A DNA stretch of 64,000 bases, from positions 142,352,001 to 142,416,000 of the forward strand of contig OZ024741.1 of the NCBI GenBank assembly GCA_964016885.1, read 5' to 3'. Positions 11,958 through 24,099 of this stretch are shown piece after piece (positions within the stretch are counted from its first letter, which is position 1; every line of letters starts with the position of its first letter). The notes under the pieces were generated by a model. The model did not search any database. It was not told the origin of the DNA and saw nothing but the letters and a program-made list of their open reading frames with translations. The translations under genes were made by a program, and so were the position numbers. This DNA comes from Eledone cirrhosa (lineage: Eukaryota).

Positions 11958-12060
11958 CAATATATAAACAGTTTTATAAATAATTTTGACGTACCATAAA
12001 TATAAGCGACCATTAAGGTAGGAAGCTCTATTTGTTGTCTCCTTGAACTATATATATATA

Positions 12061-12840
12061 TAATATTCCTTAAAATACCACACCTGGGCGAGAATACCAC
12101 CAAGGCTATCCGCAAGGCTATACGGAGGGAGGGCCTCAACATCCACCTGGCCCACTGGGGCCCCTCCCTGCGAAGATGCCTCTCCAGGAAACCCGGGAAA
12201 TCGACTGACGCGTGGTCCCTCAGAAACTGCCAGATGCGCCATACGAACTGTTGCCTACGCACCTACGTCGTGTATAAGGTAGAATGTAACAAGTGCAACC
12301 ACTATTATATAGGTAGCACAATCTGGCCGCTACACATCTGGATCAAGGAGCACATCAACACCAGGGTCTCGTCTTTCCGGAAATACATAACCAAATGCAG
12401 AAACAAAGACGGAAGGCCCATTGTCACAGTTCTAGCGACGGAACGAAACGTCGGCACATTACGAATCAAGGAAGCACTTTGGATCAAACGCCTAGGGCCA
12501 CAAATAAATAACCGATCCGAGAGAAGCGAAATGGGGTGGTGGTTTAAATAAACAAGCGAGACAACAACACACGCGCACGCACACACACACACACAGTAGC
12601 ATTCACCAAACAGGCAGGGAATACTACCACCACCACACACTATTCAACACTGCTAATACAGAAACCAGCACGGGCAGATAATACAATGGATTGACAGCTA
12701 ACGCCACCCCACTCCCACAATTAAAAGAACTATTTCGGCCGCCGACCTCTGCTTGACCGACTCCATTTCCCGCACTGAGGATCCACTAAGGTGAAACAAT
12801 TGTTCTCGGTATGGTGAACTAACTGTTGTGTAACCACTTC
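12061..12840 (+). mobile_element. 5'-truncated PLE: GIY-YIG endonuclease plus 3' pLTR with hammerhead-like motif
   Basis: IFLKIPHLGENTTKAIRKAIRREGL...YVVYKVECNKCNHYYIGSTIWPLHIWIKEH...LRIKEALWI..PQINNR. CTGAGGA-TCCACTAAGGT-GAAA-CAATTG at 12775-12802. Confidence 0.88.
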
Positions 12841-12859
12841 TATATATATATATTATTAT

Positions 12860-13046
12860 ATGGATTGGCAGTATCAGTAGAGGGTCGGACGCCATGCTTT
12901 GTAGCAAAGAGTTACGGCCCTTTATTGTCTGAGTTCAAATCCCGCGGAGGTTAACTTTGCCTTTCATCCTTACGGGGTCGATAAAATAAAGTACCAATAA
13001 TGTACTGGGTAATTGCTGGCCTTGTGTCAAAAAGTAGAAACAATTA
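12860..13046 (+). mobile_element. Young SINE-like repeat (near-identical copy at about 15900-16090, many other copies, e.g. 62350-62900 on -)
   Basis: ctgagttcaaatcccgc.gaggttaactttgcctttcatccttacggggtcgataaaataaagtacc core. Confidence 0.75.
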
Positions 13047-13114
13047 TTATATATATATATATATATTATTATATATATATATATTATTATATATATATAT
13101 ATATTTATATATAT

Positions 13115-13195
<81 letters not shown>

Positions 13196-13808
13196 AGGAG
13201 GTTATAGTTCACTTGAAGCATTGTGTAATGAGGTATAAACATTTGTATATGTATAATAAAGCCAAAACAATGCAGGTATGGACATAGAATAAAGAATGCA
13301 AATGCAAAAGATATTGTTGACAATTAGTCTTTTACCTTAGATTTATTTAAATGTCCTAAATTTGAGATAATATCTCTTCTTCAGAGGGAATAAAGTTGTC
13401 AAACCAGTGTTCTAAATAGCTTGCCAAGTCATGCTGACAGGAAATGGTATAGAGTATATATTCTATCTCTAATTTCAAAGAGTTAAGATTAGGTGGATAA
13501 AGAGTAGTCTCCCTTTAAGAGGGGTTTGTTTTTGTTGTTGTTTTTTTTTGTTTGTTTTTTTTTGTACATGCCTGTTTAAGTGTGTGGGAGAATGCATGAA
13601 GGTGTAAGTATGTGAGTGTGTGTGTGTGAGTGTGAGAAAATATGTCTATACGTAAATGTGGGGGATAGATGTTATCTCGTGTTAGAACAAGTTTAGTGTG
13701 TGTATGTGTGAGAGAGAATAAGTGGAGGTGTAAGCGTGTGTGTGTGTGTGTGTGTGTGCGTGCGTGTGTGCGCGTGTGGGGGGTGTAAATATGGGGCTAG
13801 GAGCTCTA

Positions 13809-15700
13809 TCAAGTTATAAATTGGGTGTTGAGTTCTAGTCTATTATTAATTGGAGGTTGTGTTTTGTCTATAATTAGTGCTTCCTTAATTCTAAGATTGC
13901 TGAGGTTTCTTTCCTTAGTTTCTATCCTAACTGTTATGGTTTTGTCGGTGTTTTTGCATTTAACTAGGTGTTTCTTAAATGAGGAAGCGTTAGTATTGAG
14001 GTGTTCTTTTATTCTTATGTGGAGTGGTCTGGTAGTGCTACCTACGTAGAAGTTGTTGCATTTGTCACATTCTAGTCTGTATACGACGTATGCCTGGTGG
14101 CATAGGTCTGTGTCGTTGATGGGGCAGTTGGCTAGTCTGCAGCAGTTGTCATGTCTGGTGGAGTGTCTTTTGGTTAGCTGACCGCGTAGAGAAGAACCTG
14201 AGTGGGCCAGTTGGATATCTAGTCCCTCTCGTCTGATAGCTCTGCGGATGGCTGTTATTGTTTCTTCACTGAAGTGTGGGAGCTTCAGGAAGTAAGTGTT
14301 AGTGCCTCGGGTGTGGTGTCCTCTGTTCTTTCTGGCACGGTTTGTGGTGGATGTCGTGTATCCGTTCAGTTTGAGTACTTCCAGGAAATGTGTGGTGTGT
14401 GTGTCTCGGTCTCTAGCGTCGGTGCATTTGTTCCGGATACGTGCCAGTTCGTTCCTTATGTATCCGAACTTGGCACCGAGCGGGAGGGCCGATCTGAAAT
14501 GTACGAACAGGTCCCTGTTGGCGGCTTTTTTATAGAAGCAGGTGTGGATGTTGCCTTCCTCTGTTACCCTGAGTTGGAAGTTCAGTAGGGATAGGGATCC
14601 GCGGTCATCGGGGTGTTCCATGCTGAACTTTATACTGGCGTCCATGCTGGAGAATGTTGTGTATATTTTATCTGCCTCCTCACGGGATGATGTAAGGATG
14701 AGTATGTCATCTACATATCGGGTGAAGAAGGTATGGGAATGGCAGGTGTTGAGGGCTCGGTATTCTAGCTGGTTCATGTAGGTGATGGCCAGCAGGCCCG
14801 ATAGGCTGAATCCCATGGGTAATCCTGTTGTCTGTCTGTATGTGTGGTGGTGGAAGGTGAAGTACGTGTTGTCTACTGTGAAGGACAAAAGCTGGTGTAT
14901 GTCCGTCGGGTGGAGGCCGTAGCAGTGGATGTCCTCTGCGACCACGCAGTCCGTCAACAAATCGACAGTCTGCTATTTCTAGTGGTGTAGTTGAGCTTAA
15001 CTTTATTAGGGAGTTGTCTTCTCCTACAGATATCGAACCAGATGGAGTTGGTCTGTTTTTCGATCTGGGCTGCAGTCATGTCCGGGATCTCTGTGTATAA
15101 TTCATTGTCGCTTAGGTGTTCAAAGGCTAGGTTGTTGTATGTGGCTTGAGAGATGACGCAAAACTCTTTACCTTTGTCGGATGGTAAGTATATAAGTTCC
15201 CTATTCCGTAGGTTCTTCAGGGCGAGTTGTTGTGTCCTGGAGAGGTTTGGGGCTATCTTCTTCTGTTTCCGTAAGATGTTAAATACGGAATGTTTTAGCC
15301 TCGAGAGTTTTTCTTCAAGCTCGCGGTTGGCAGGCGGTGGACAGAGTGGGCGATCCAGTTGGTATATCGGGAATCTGGGTTTGATAGATTCCGTGGTGTT
15401 GTTGCCGAGAGTCGATATCCATTTTAGTTGGTAGGCAGCCCGACAGAAATTCGTTTCTATGTCGAGCCATAATTTGTCGTCCAGTCTCTGTTTCAATATG
15501 AACTTGGGGCCCAGGCTGAGGAGGTCTAATTCCTCTCGAGAGAGGGATCCTGTCAAGTCTGTGACGAGGTGTTTTGCGTCAGGTGTGTTGTTGGTCGGGG
15601 CGCCGCTCGGTTCGGTGTTGGTACCGTCTTGTTCGCCTCTGTTGGTGTTTAGAGTTGGGATGTTGTTAAGACAGTTGGCCGTCCTGAGTTTGAGAAATTT
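13809..15700 (-). mobile_element. Penelope-like retroelement (RT plus GIY-YIG), internally deleted and 5'-truncated
   Basis: ORFs 14954-15727 (LLSLGPKF, YLPSDKGKEFCVI) and 13809-14960 (YRQTTGLPMG, RYVDD, VVYRLECDKCNNFYVGSTTRPLHIRIKEH, KEALII, PPINNR). The early RT motifs are missing at the ~14955 junction. Confidence 0.95.
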
Positions 15701-16521
15701 TATATATATATATATACTTATTATCAATACTTTATGTACTTATGTATTTATGTATATATATTTTTTTTTCAACATACTCCAGTTTTATTAAGATATTTTT
15801 TCTTGCCCTGTGTAAAACTTTATATACAACTTGTTGACATTAAGTGATATGTATGATGTAGTTTTGTATATTTTTGATGTCTGTATATTATTATATTATC
15901 GGTGGATTGGCAGTATCGGTAGAGGGTCGGACGCCATGCTTTCCAGCATAGAGTTAAGTCCCTTTACGATCTGAGTTCAAATCCCGCCGAGGTTAACTTT
16001 GCCTTTCATCCTTACGGGGTCGATAAAATAAAGTACCAGTAATGCACTGAGTAATTACTGGCCTTGTGCCTAAAGTAGAAACAATTATTATATTATTTCT
16101 TGTAGAGCTTATTTTTTGTATAGTTTATTTTTTGTATAGTTTATGCGCACCGTCAGGGTGTTTTTATTTATATTATAAAGAGTATATTTATACTTATTAA
16201 GTGTTAGTATGTGTTTGTGTAAATGTATATATATATGGATATATATATATATACATATATTAAGCTTTATTACCCATTATATTGTATTGTAATTCTCATA
16301 TTATATTACCATGTTGTATTTAATGTATTTGTATCATACTGTAATTTCAACGTTGGTTTGACATTTTACTCACTTCCTTGCCATATAATCTATTTTCGTA
16401 ACTGCAAACTTTTAGCTTTAGCATGCTTTTCCTTCATATCTCTCATAAGCTTTCATGGATATGAATTCCCTATTCTTCTGAGTTTTGGATTGTTCTGGCC
16501 GTTAATGCTTCTTATCTGTTT

Positions 16522-16570
16522 AATTGCCCTGATGAGTCCTTATTAATGGGACGAAACATTGTAGGCTAAT
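16522..16570 (+). ncRNA. Minimal type I hammerhead ribozyme motif
   Basis: GCC-CTGATGA-GTCCT-TATTAAT-GGGAC-GAAA-CATTG-TA-GGC. Canonical core with a GUA cleavage triplet. Confidence 0.75.
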
Positions 16571-16713
16571 AAAGACTTTTGATGTATTGAAGGCTTCTTT
16601 GTCTATTTTTATAATTTTTCGGTTCTGTTGTATTACATTGAGCTATATCCTATACTGTCATTTCTATAATACGACGAGTGTGTTTTACTCCAACGCACTC
16701 TAGTATTTTAATT

Positions 16714-16851
<138 letters not shown>

Positions 16852-17310
16852 CATTTGTTTTGCAACTTAAAATAAGATGTAACCAATTAAAGTACAAATC
16901 AGGTGGTTTTGTGCTTATGTTAATAATCAATATATGATAATGGCAGTTAACTATCGTAACACCTGTAGTCACTTTGATTTGATTCAAGTTTGACATAATG
17001 GTTAATATAATAGCAATTGTTTTCTAAAATATCAATTTACACGTATCGCTTGCGTTCAACTACATTTTGTAAACAATCCGAATACTGCGATAACTGTACA
17101 TGTTACATATCTATATATGTATGGATGTGAGTAAGTAAGTATGCATGCACATTTGTATGTATGTATGCATGTATGTATGCTTGTATATATGTATGCACGT
17201 GTGCGTGTATGCATGTATGTATGCATGAACGCACGCACGCATGCAAGCACGTATGCATGTGAGCATTGAACCATCAAGACAGTTGAGGTATGTCATACAT
17301 CAATTCATAT

Positions 17311-17376
17311 ATTTTATCTGATGAGGACGTACTGAAAAAACAGCACAGTACCTCCGAAATATATATATAATAAAAC
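17311..17376 (+). ncRNA. Hammerhead ribozyme motif (same subfamily as 245-297)
   Basis: TTTTAT-CTGATGA-GGACGTACTG...CAGTACCTCC-GAAA-TATATATA-TA-ATAAAA. Confidence 0.7.
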
Positions 17377-17522
17377 ATATATTTTGATTATGTGAACGTA
17401 TTCATTTATTAATATTTTGAATAATATTACTAACTCCAGAAACCTTCTTTGTCGAGTGCTTTTAATCTATTGTAAAATTATATTCATATCAATGAACCAT
17501 ATTAATCTTTGGTTCAAATCTG

Positions 17523-17588
17523 TATTTTATCTGATGAAAGCGCACCATAATGTGCCTTGGTTGCCCTTGAAATATGTATAATAAAATA
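17523..17588 (+). ncRNA. Hammerhead ribozyme motif (same subfamily as 3962-4027)
   Basis: TATTTTAT-CTGATGA-AAGCGCACCA...TGGTTGCCCTT-GAAA-TATGTA-TA-ATAAAATA. Confidence 0.68.
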
Positions 17589-17695
17589 AATATCGTTTTA
17601 TAAATATAGTTTCCATTTATTAATATATAAAATAAAGTACCAGTAACGTACTGGATAATTGCTGGCCTTGTGCCAAAAGTAGAAATAATTAATAT

Positions 17696-17758
<63 letters not shown>

Positions 17759-18044
17759 CGTTCTTTGTATTTACGATTATCAACATGAATTATAGCTGTG
17801 CAAATAAATAATACTATTCGAATCTACAAAATGAGAGACCAGCTTTATATAAATAGTCGTCCATCTCTCACTCTCTGTCTCTCCCTCTTTCTCACTCCTC
17901 CTACACTTTCTCATGTCTTCTCTCTCTCTATTCCCCCTCCCTAATCAACATTTTTTGGCCTTTTCTCATTTAAATTATCGATATTCATTTGTTTATGTCT
18001 TGATTTTATCATTTTATTCATTAAATAATTTAAGTAAGCCTCAA

Positions 18045-18140
18045 CGCAATTGGTAGGATTTTGGGTAGACATGTTTTGATTTTCTTAGCAGTCGTCCAAT
18101 CAGAATTGTCGTTATATGTTGCATCGGTTCGGAAAGGAAA
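18045..18140 (+). promoter_or_regulatory. Candidate AVL9 proximal promoter elements
   Basis: CCAATCAG (NF-Y-type) at 18096, ATTGG at about 18050 and CGGAA at about 18130, roughly 500-600 nt upstream of the ATG. Confidence 0.3.
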
Positions 18141-18632
18141 TTAGGAGGGCGAACAAAACAACACACCCAACCAAAGCAAAAGAAAAAAATATATATACAT
18201 ATATATAGTATAAAAATAAATAAAAAGAAAAAGAACAGAAAGAAAACAAAACATTTTTTTTACATTTACTTACATCACATTAATTTTCCATGCATCAGTT
18301 ACGTTTACGATGTGAGAAGGGGGGCAAAAAATAAGAAAGCAAAGATGAATGTTGTTAGACACCAACACGGCTCATAACACATACCCAGGGATTACATGTA
18401 AAAAGAAAATTATTATTAATAATAATAATAATAATAAGGGGGACTAAATTCGGAAATTCCGAAAGAGACTAAAACGACGATAACATTGAAGGTGGATGAG
18501 AAGAAAACAGAATTTATATTTATTATTGTTTCTGTTATTACCATAAGGAAAAGAGAGAAGTTAGTACTGTACAAGATGTCGACTTGAACATTAAAAAAAG
18601 AAAAAAGGTGACGTACAAAAGAAAAAAAAATC

Positions 18633-18803
18633 ATGTCTTCGAGGATTGGGGTGTCGACTCATGCCAGTGGAGGGCCAAATTATAACAGAGTCGCTGATGG
18701 CACAACTGGAGGCGTGGTGGACGATGACGACGACAACAGGCGACGTAAAAACCCCATACTGCATGTCATTGTGGTGGGTTTTCACCACAAGAAGGGCTGC
18801 CAG
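18633..18803 (+). CDS. AVL9: Late secretory pathway protein AVL9 homolog, exon 1
   Basis: MSSRIG...NPILHVIVVGFHHKKGCQ (AVL9 N-terminal signature). Donor gtgggt. Confidence 0.92.
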
Positions 18804-18827
18804 GTGGGTAAAACATACCTTCTATTG

Positions 18828-18886
<59 letters not shown>

Positions 18887-21800
18887 CATACATACACACC
18901 TATATGCGTGCGTATCATACATTTCGAACGTTTAAATAAATTCTAACGTGTATTGAATACCTTTTACTCCCCGTTGATCACCCATTAGTATACATATACA
19001 TACATGGGTGTGTATTACATATGTAGGTAGTCTATTTCAACATAAGTCTTCGCTCAGATTTATTATAAAGATGTGTGTAGACTGCAGAGGTAGTGGTTAA
19101 GTAGTAAGGATGGACATCAATGAGCGCGTGATGGAATTCATGCGTTTCTGAAATGTGTTTAATTAGCAACTCTAATTAAAATGAACCTGCGGAGGAGGTT
19201 GATCCTGAATCCAACCACTTGGCTACGAAGCTCGGCATTATTAATCGTGTTTGTGACCAGTTGATCTTACAACGATTAAACATAAGGTCACAAGATCTTA
19301 ATTCGTGCATTACTTAAACATGTTTTCGAACCAACGAGGTGGTCACTACCTACGTGGTCGTTCGACATACTGGAAATAGTAGTTAACCATACCGCAAATC
19401 ACACTGCGATTTCAAAAAAGGAAGGGCGTATTGTAACAATGTTTCTCCTTGATATAAAAGAAAATGGGATTGCCACAGTCGGAATGCCTTTCATGAAAAG
19501 TCTGTTCGATCAGGGCTGACCTGGGACCAAACATTTTAAAGCTGTTTTATTAGCAACGTAAGCAAACTCTTAAAATCGAACTCGAGTTTGCAGCGTCGAT
19601 ATATTTAATCCTATAGTTGTTGATACTTAGCTCCTCGTGTCTTGATTTTGTCGACTAATTATCAAAAGCGATTCAACCGTAACCATTTCGTCTGGTTGTT
19701 TATCTCGGACTACATTACCTTCATGTGATTTAGCTGCTATTTCTAGCAGGTTAAGCGACGACGTAGAGACTCTTTCGCTTAGGCAAAAGGACACAAATTT
19801 GGTTGATGGCAAGCAATCGATTATAACGACCAGTATTTGACTGGTATTTATGCTATCGACTCCCGGAAGGATGAAATACTAAAGTGGTTCTTTGTAGGAG
19901 AGGGACAAGAATATATGGCGTTCATGGCTGTTCTTGACTGTCGTTAATGTGAGGTGGACTGATTTCAATCAAGACTGAACCACGCGACACGGATTTGTTG
20001 TTATTGCTATTTACATGTTGACTACGATAATAAACGAGGACTACATTTCTAAAACCGAATGGTGTATTTTGAGTAAGATGTAGCGAGACGAGCGACTGTG
20101 TAAAATTCTTGTTTTAGTCATAGGTAAACCTTGATCGAGAAGATTTATCAAATGCTTCCTTATAGAAAGTGATTGTTTATTTGTTTGTTTGTTTTTTGTA
20201 CTCTCTTTATAGGTTACAGTTGTATAAATAACATTATAAATTGTTCACATTTCTTTCAAAATGAAAATATAAACACAGAAATACAATTCACTTGCTAGGA
20301 ACCTTACAAACACAACGCACCAAAGCAATATTTGGCTGTTATATCTAACGGGGGGAGTGACTGTGTTGAGTAATTTAGTGTGAGCTATCCCTGGCCGAGA
20401 AAGCTTTTGGTCAAAGATATTTCAGTTGTTAGGACCGTATTATCCAACGTATCTTCTTTTTTTTTCTAAAACGGCGTGTAGTGTGAGATTACGCTATTGT
20501 TTCTAGCAGAACGGGCAGCCACACAGGCTTCTTTGTTGATGTAGTTTGAGTTGATAGCTCGTTATGCAACAATACTTGTCAATTCTTATATATCATAATA
20601 CCCAGAGGGCTACAGTAATTTAATGTAAGAATGTCTTGGGTGATTTAGAGACATCATGACCGAATGGTTAAGAAGTTTACTTCACAATCGTGTGCTTCCT
20701 GGTTCGATCCTACTGCATGGCATCTTGGGCAGGTGTTATTCACCAAAGTCTCAACTTGAATGAAATTGAGTAGAAGCCCATATGATTGGGTTGTTCTCGT
20801 AATCTAAATGGCCAGTCATGGGTTGAATCTCCCCGCGATTTTTTTTTATTCCACATACCTGTGGAATACTCAACTACTTATACGTCATTTTATTGAATGT
20901 GCCATTCTTTTGACTAAACAACTGGAACATAAAAAGATTGACAATTTTATTTCTGCTACAACTATTTTATGGCGATAACTAATTACATATTATATTTTTA
21001 ATTTTATATAATCGATGTCTTACTTTAGTAATTATTCTATTTTTTATGCAAGAAAAATACAAACCAACGTGATCAGTAGGTCCACATGCCAGAAATAGAT
21101 CTCACTCATTCGAAAACAAAAAATACATACGAGCTATACGTAGTCATTCGACCTGCTAGATTATAGAAACCACATCTCCCTCGTTTAAAAAGAAATACGA
21201 GTTTATATGTGGTCGTTCGGCCTGCTAGAAACAAGAACTACATCTCTGAAAAATATACGAATCAATATACATGGTCGAACCATATACATGGTCGCCAGAG
21301 CTCCATTGTTGTACTAGAAATAGCTGCCCAATTTCCCTCTAACCTACCGTCATAAAAATAAATTAGTCTGTCTCAAGTCCGGAGGCTCATTAAGTTGGTG
21401 CTTATCTCGGCTCCCTTCGCATTAAGCGTCTGAGAGTACAAGACTTTCCCCTGGACATGACGCCGGTCCATCGTAGAGTTAACTCCCAGTCAATAACAGG
21501 TACTCATTTTCAGCTGAATGTACAGGAGCAACTTAAATTTGCTCATGCCTTGATCGAACCCACGATATTATAGTAAGTCCAACACCCTAACCACTAGGCC
21601 AGATAACAGACGTTGAATAGTTTTTTATCCAAGGTATAATATGCCTGAAGAAAAAAAGGACTGTGATCATCAAGCGCCCGAACTAGGATTCAGAATCAAC
21701 AACAACAATAATTACAATATATTGGTGTCCTGCTGTTGCTAACGATAGCTTGTTCAGATTTTAATTGTATATATTTACAGAGAAGTGGGGTGGATAAAAA

Positions 21801-22533
21801 GATTAGAAAAGAAGAGGCAGCAAACCCTACACCCTACATAAAATGGCAAAATCATTGCTGCAGATAACAGCTAGCGATACCTGCTGCATCAACCATTCCA
21901 CCTCACAAAGGGTTCCTTCGTCAGGTGAGATGCTTTCTTCTCGCTTTAACGGAAAAAAACGGCAGTCGGTGAACGAGAACACCTGAGGTCTCGATACTCG
22001 GTCAGCCAGTGCCTTGCTTTCCTCTCCTCTGCGTTGAGGGCGGCGACCGAATGGCCGTGATTTTTTTTTTTTTTTTTTTTTTTTCTGGTCAGAAAATAAT
22101 ATAAAATATATTTACTAACCCCAGAACTTTACTGATACTTTATTTTATCGACCCCAGAAAGATGAACGGCGAAATTTGAACTCAGAACGTAAGGGGTCGT
22201 CACTAAATGCTACAAAGCATGTTTTGTCATGCCATACCAAATGTAGCATTTTCGTCAATGATTTCTCTCTTCGTTACCACTAATTTTCATAGATAAAATA
22301 TTTGTTTGAGCTCACTTCATTGTGTGTATATAACACTCTCCCTTTCTCTTGCTCCATATGTTAGTTTCTTTGACTGGACGTAGTAAGGGCGATAGTTCAC
22401 CAGTGTTTATTTATATATAAATCAATTAACAACCAAAGAGGTACTTCAAATCATTTTATTAATGCCTATATGCGTTTCAACTTTTTATTCATCTCCTACA
22501 TATATGCAGGATCTTTTTCGTAATTTTGTCCTA

Positions 22534-22617
22534 GCGCCCGATGAGAGGCCAATATTGAAGTGGCTCCTCCACTATACAGTGGTGGCCATAACTGGACCTC
22601 GAAACCTGAGGTCGCGC
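22534..22617 (+). ncRNA. Hammerhead-like motif with long stem II and a core U4C change, in AVL9 intron 1
   Basis: GCGC-CCGATGA-GAGG...CCTC-GAAA-CCTGAGG-TC-GCGC. GUC site, stems I-III pair. Confidence 0.6.
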
Positions 22618-22653
22618 CATACTTGTTAAGTGTATGTAACTTTAATTATACTA

Positions 22654-22685
<32 letters not shown>

Positions 22686-23794
22686 ATATATATATCAGAA
22701 AGAGTCGTGGCCCGACGGCTGAGCTCTTATGTAATTGTTTTTTCTGTATGTATTTTTCTGCTGAAACTATATGTATGTGTGTGTGTGTGTGCGTATGTAC
22801 TGACCCATGTATGGTTCAGTGTTTAAGTAGTTTGCATTGTAATCACAAGGTCCCGGGTTCGGTCTCACTGCATGGTAACTTGGGCAAGTGCCTTTACCAT
22901 AGCTTCGGATTAATGTGTGTAGAAATAAATAATCCATAGTATTGTACAATTTTCTGATTTTTCTGTTGGTTGTGGTGAGGGTGGTGTCGTTGCATAAGGA
23001 CATATCTTGGTGATTAAACCTGGCTGATCCCAGTATTGGACTGGTAAATTACGATTATGTTAAACATTTTTTCTAATTGTTCAGTTATTTTATTTTGGGA
23101 TGTCTGGTCAGAAAGAAGATTATTTATATCTTCCTAGGCGATCAGTGCACAACATAATGATATCAGGGAGTGATATCTTGTAAGGTACCCTGTTTCTCTT
23201 ATCTGACTTCATTATGTTGATAAAATAAAGTACCAGTCGAGTACTGGGTCGATATAATTGAGGAAGAATCGACTTGGCGGGATTTGAACTCACAATGCAA
23301 AATGCTGAAACGAATACCGCAAAGAATTCTATCAGACATTCTCACGACTCTGCCAATTCGCTGCCCTATATCAGGATTTGAGCTGTAGCTAAACAACAAA
23401 AACAATTCATCATAAAATAAGTTCAACGAACTTGGTTGTCGTTACGATGTCATCGTTAGCGACATTAAGCCATTGTCAAAACTGTAAACCTCTTGGTCGA
23501 ATGACTCAGATTCAGACGTTACGTCACTCAGTCAATTTGTATATTTTGCATATGGTATCTTAGTGGTGAACGGAAAGAAAAGCATAGGGAATAAAGCCGT
23601 AGAAATAATATTTTTAAAAAAACTCACATTGGATTTCGTTTAAATCCATAAACAAAAGAAACAATATTTTAAGTATTGAATTATTTACGGAACTATTGTA
23701 GTAGTGTCTTAGTTTACAAAAGAATAACTAAGAGAACAAATGCGCAAATGCAAATGTATGTATGTTTGTATATATATATATATGTATGTATGTG

Positions 23795-23955
23795 TGTGAA
23801 TCGGGGGTAACCACAGTAAGGTACTCAATACATTAGTAAAGTGTAACCATCAAATTTAATATAGAAATGGCTTCTACAGGACTAGAACTGTTTCATTCGA
23901 AGGAAATCATCAGGGCAACAGTTCTAGTCCTGTAGAAGCCATCTATATTAAATTG
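23795..23955 (-). mobile_element. PLE pLTR-like fragment with hammerhead core and fold-back end
   Basis: Minus strand reads CTGATGA-TTTCCTTCGAAT-GAAA-CAGTTCTAGTC. Arms about 23854-23892 and 23917-23954 are inverted. Homologous to 27067-27230. Confidence 0.6.
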
Positions 23956-24099
23956 GATATATATATATATATGTGTGTGTGTATGTTTAAATATGTGTGT
24001 GTGTGAATATGTGTAATAGATTTATAGAAAAGCACCCACTGGGGCTCATTAAGAAAATTTTTTTCTGGGTTTATTTTAGAGTGTTTGACCCCCAACATG

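Noticed and set aside
13000-13323. YIYIYI-type ORFs here and throughout
   Set aside because: Translations of (TA)n, (CA)n and (GA)n microsatellites.
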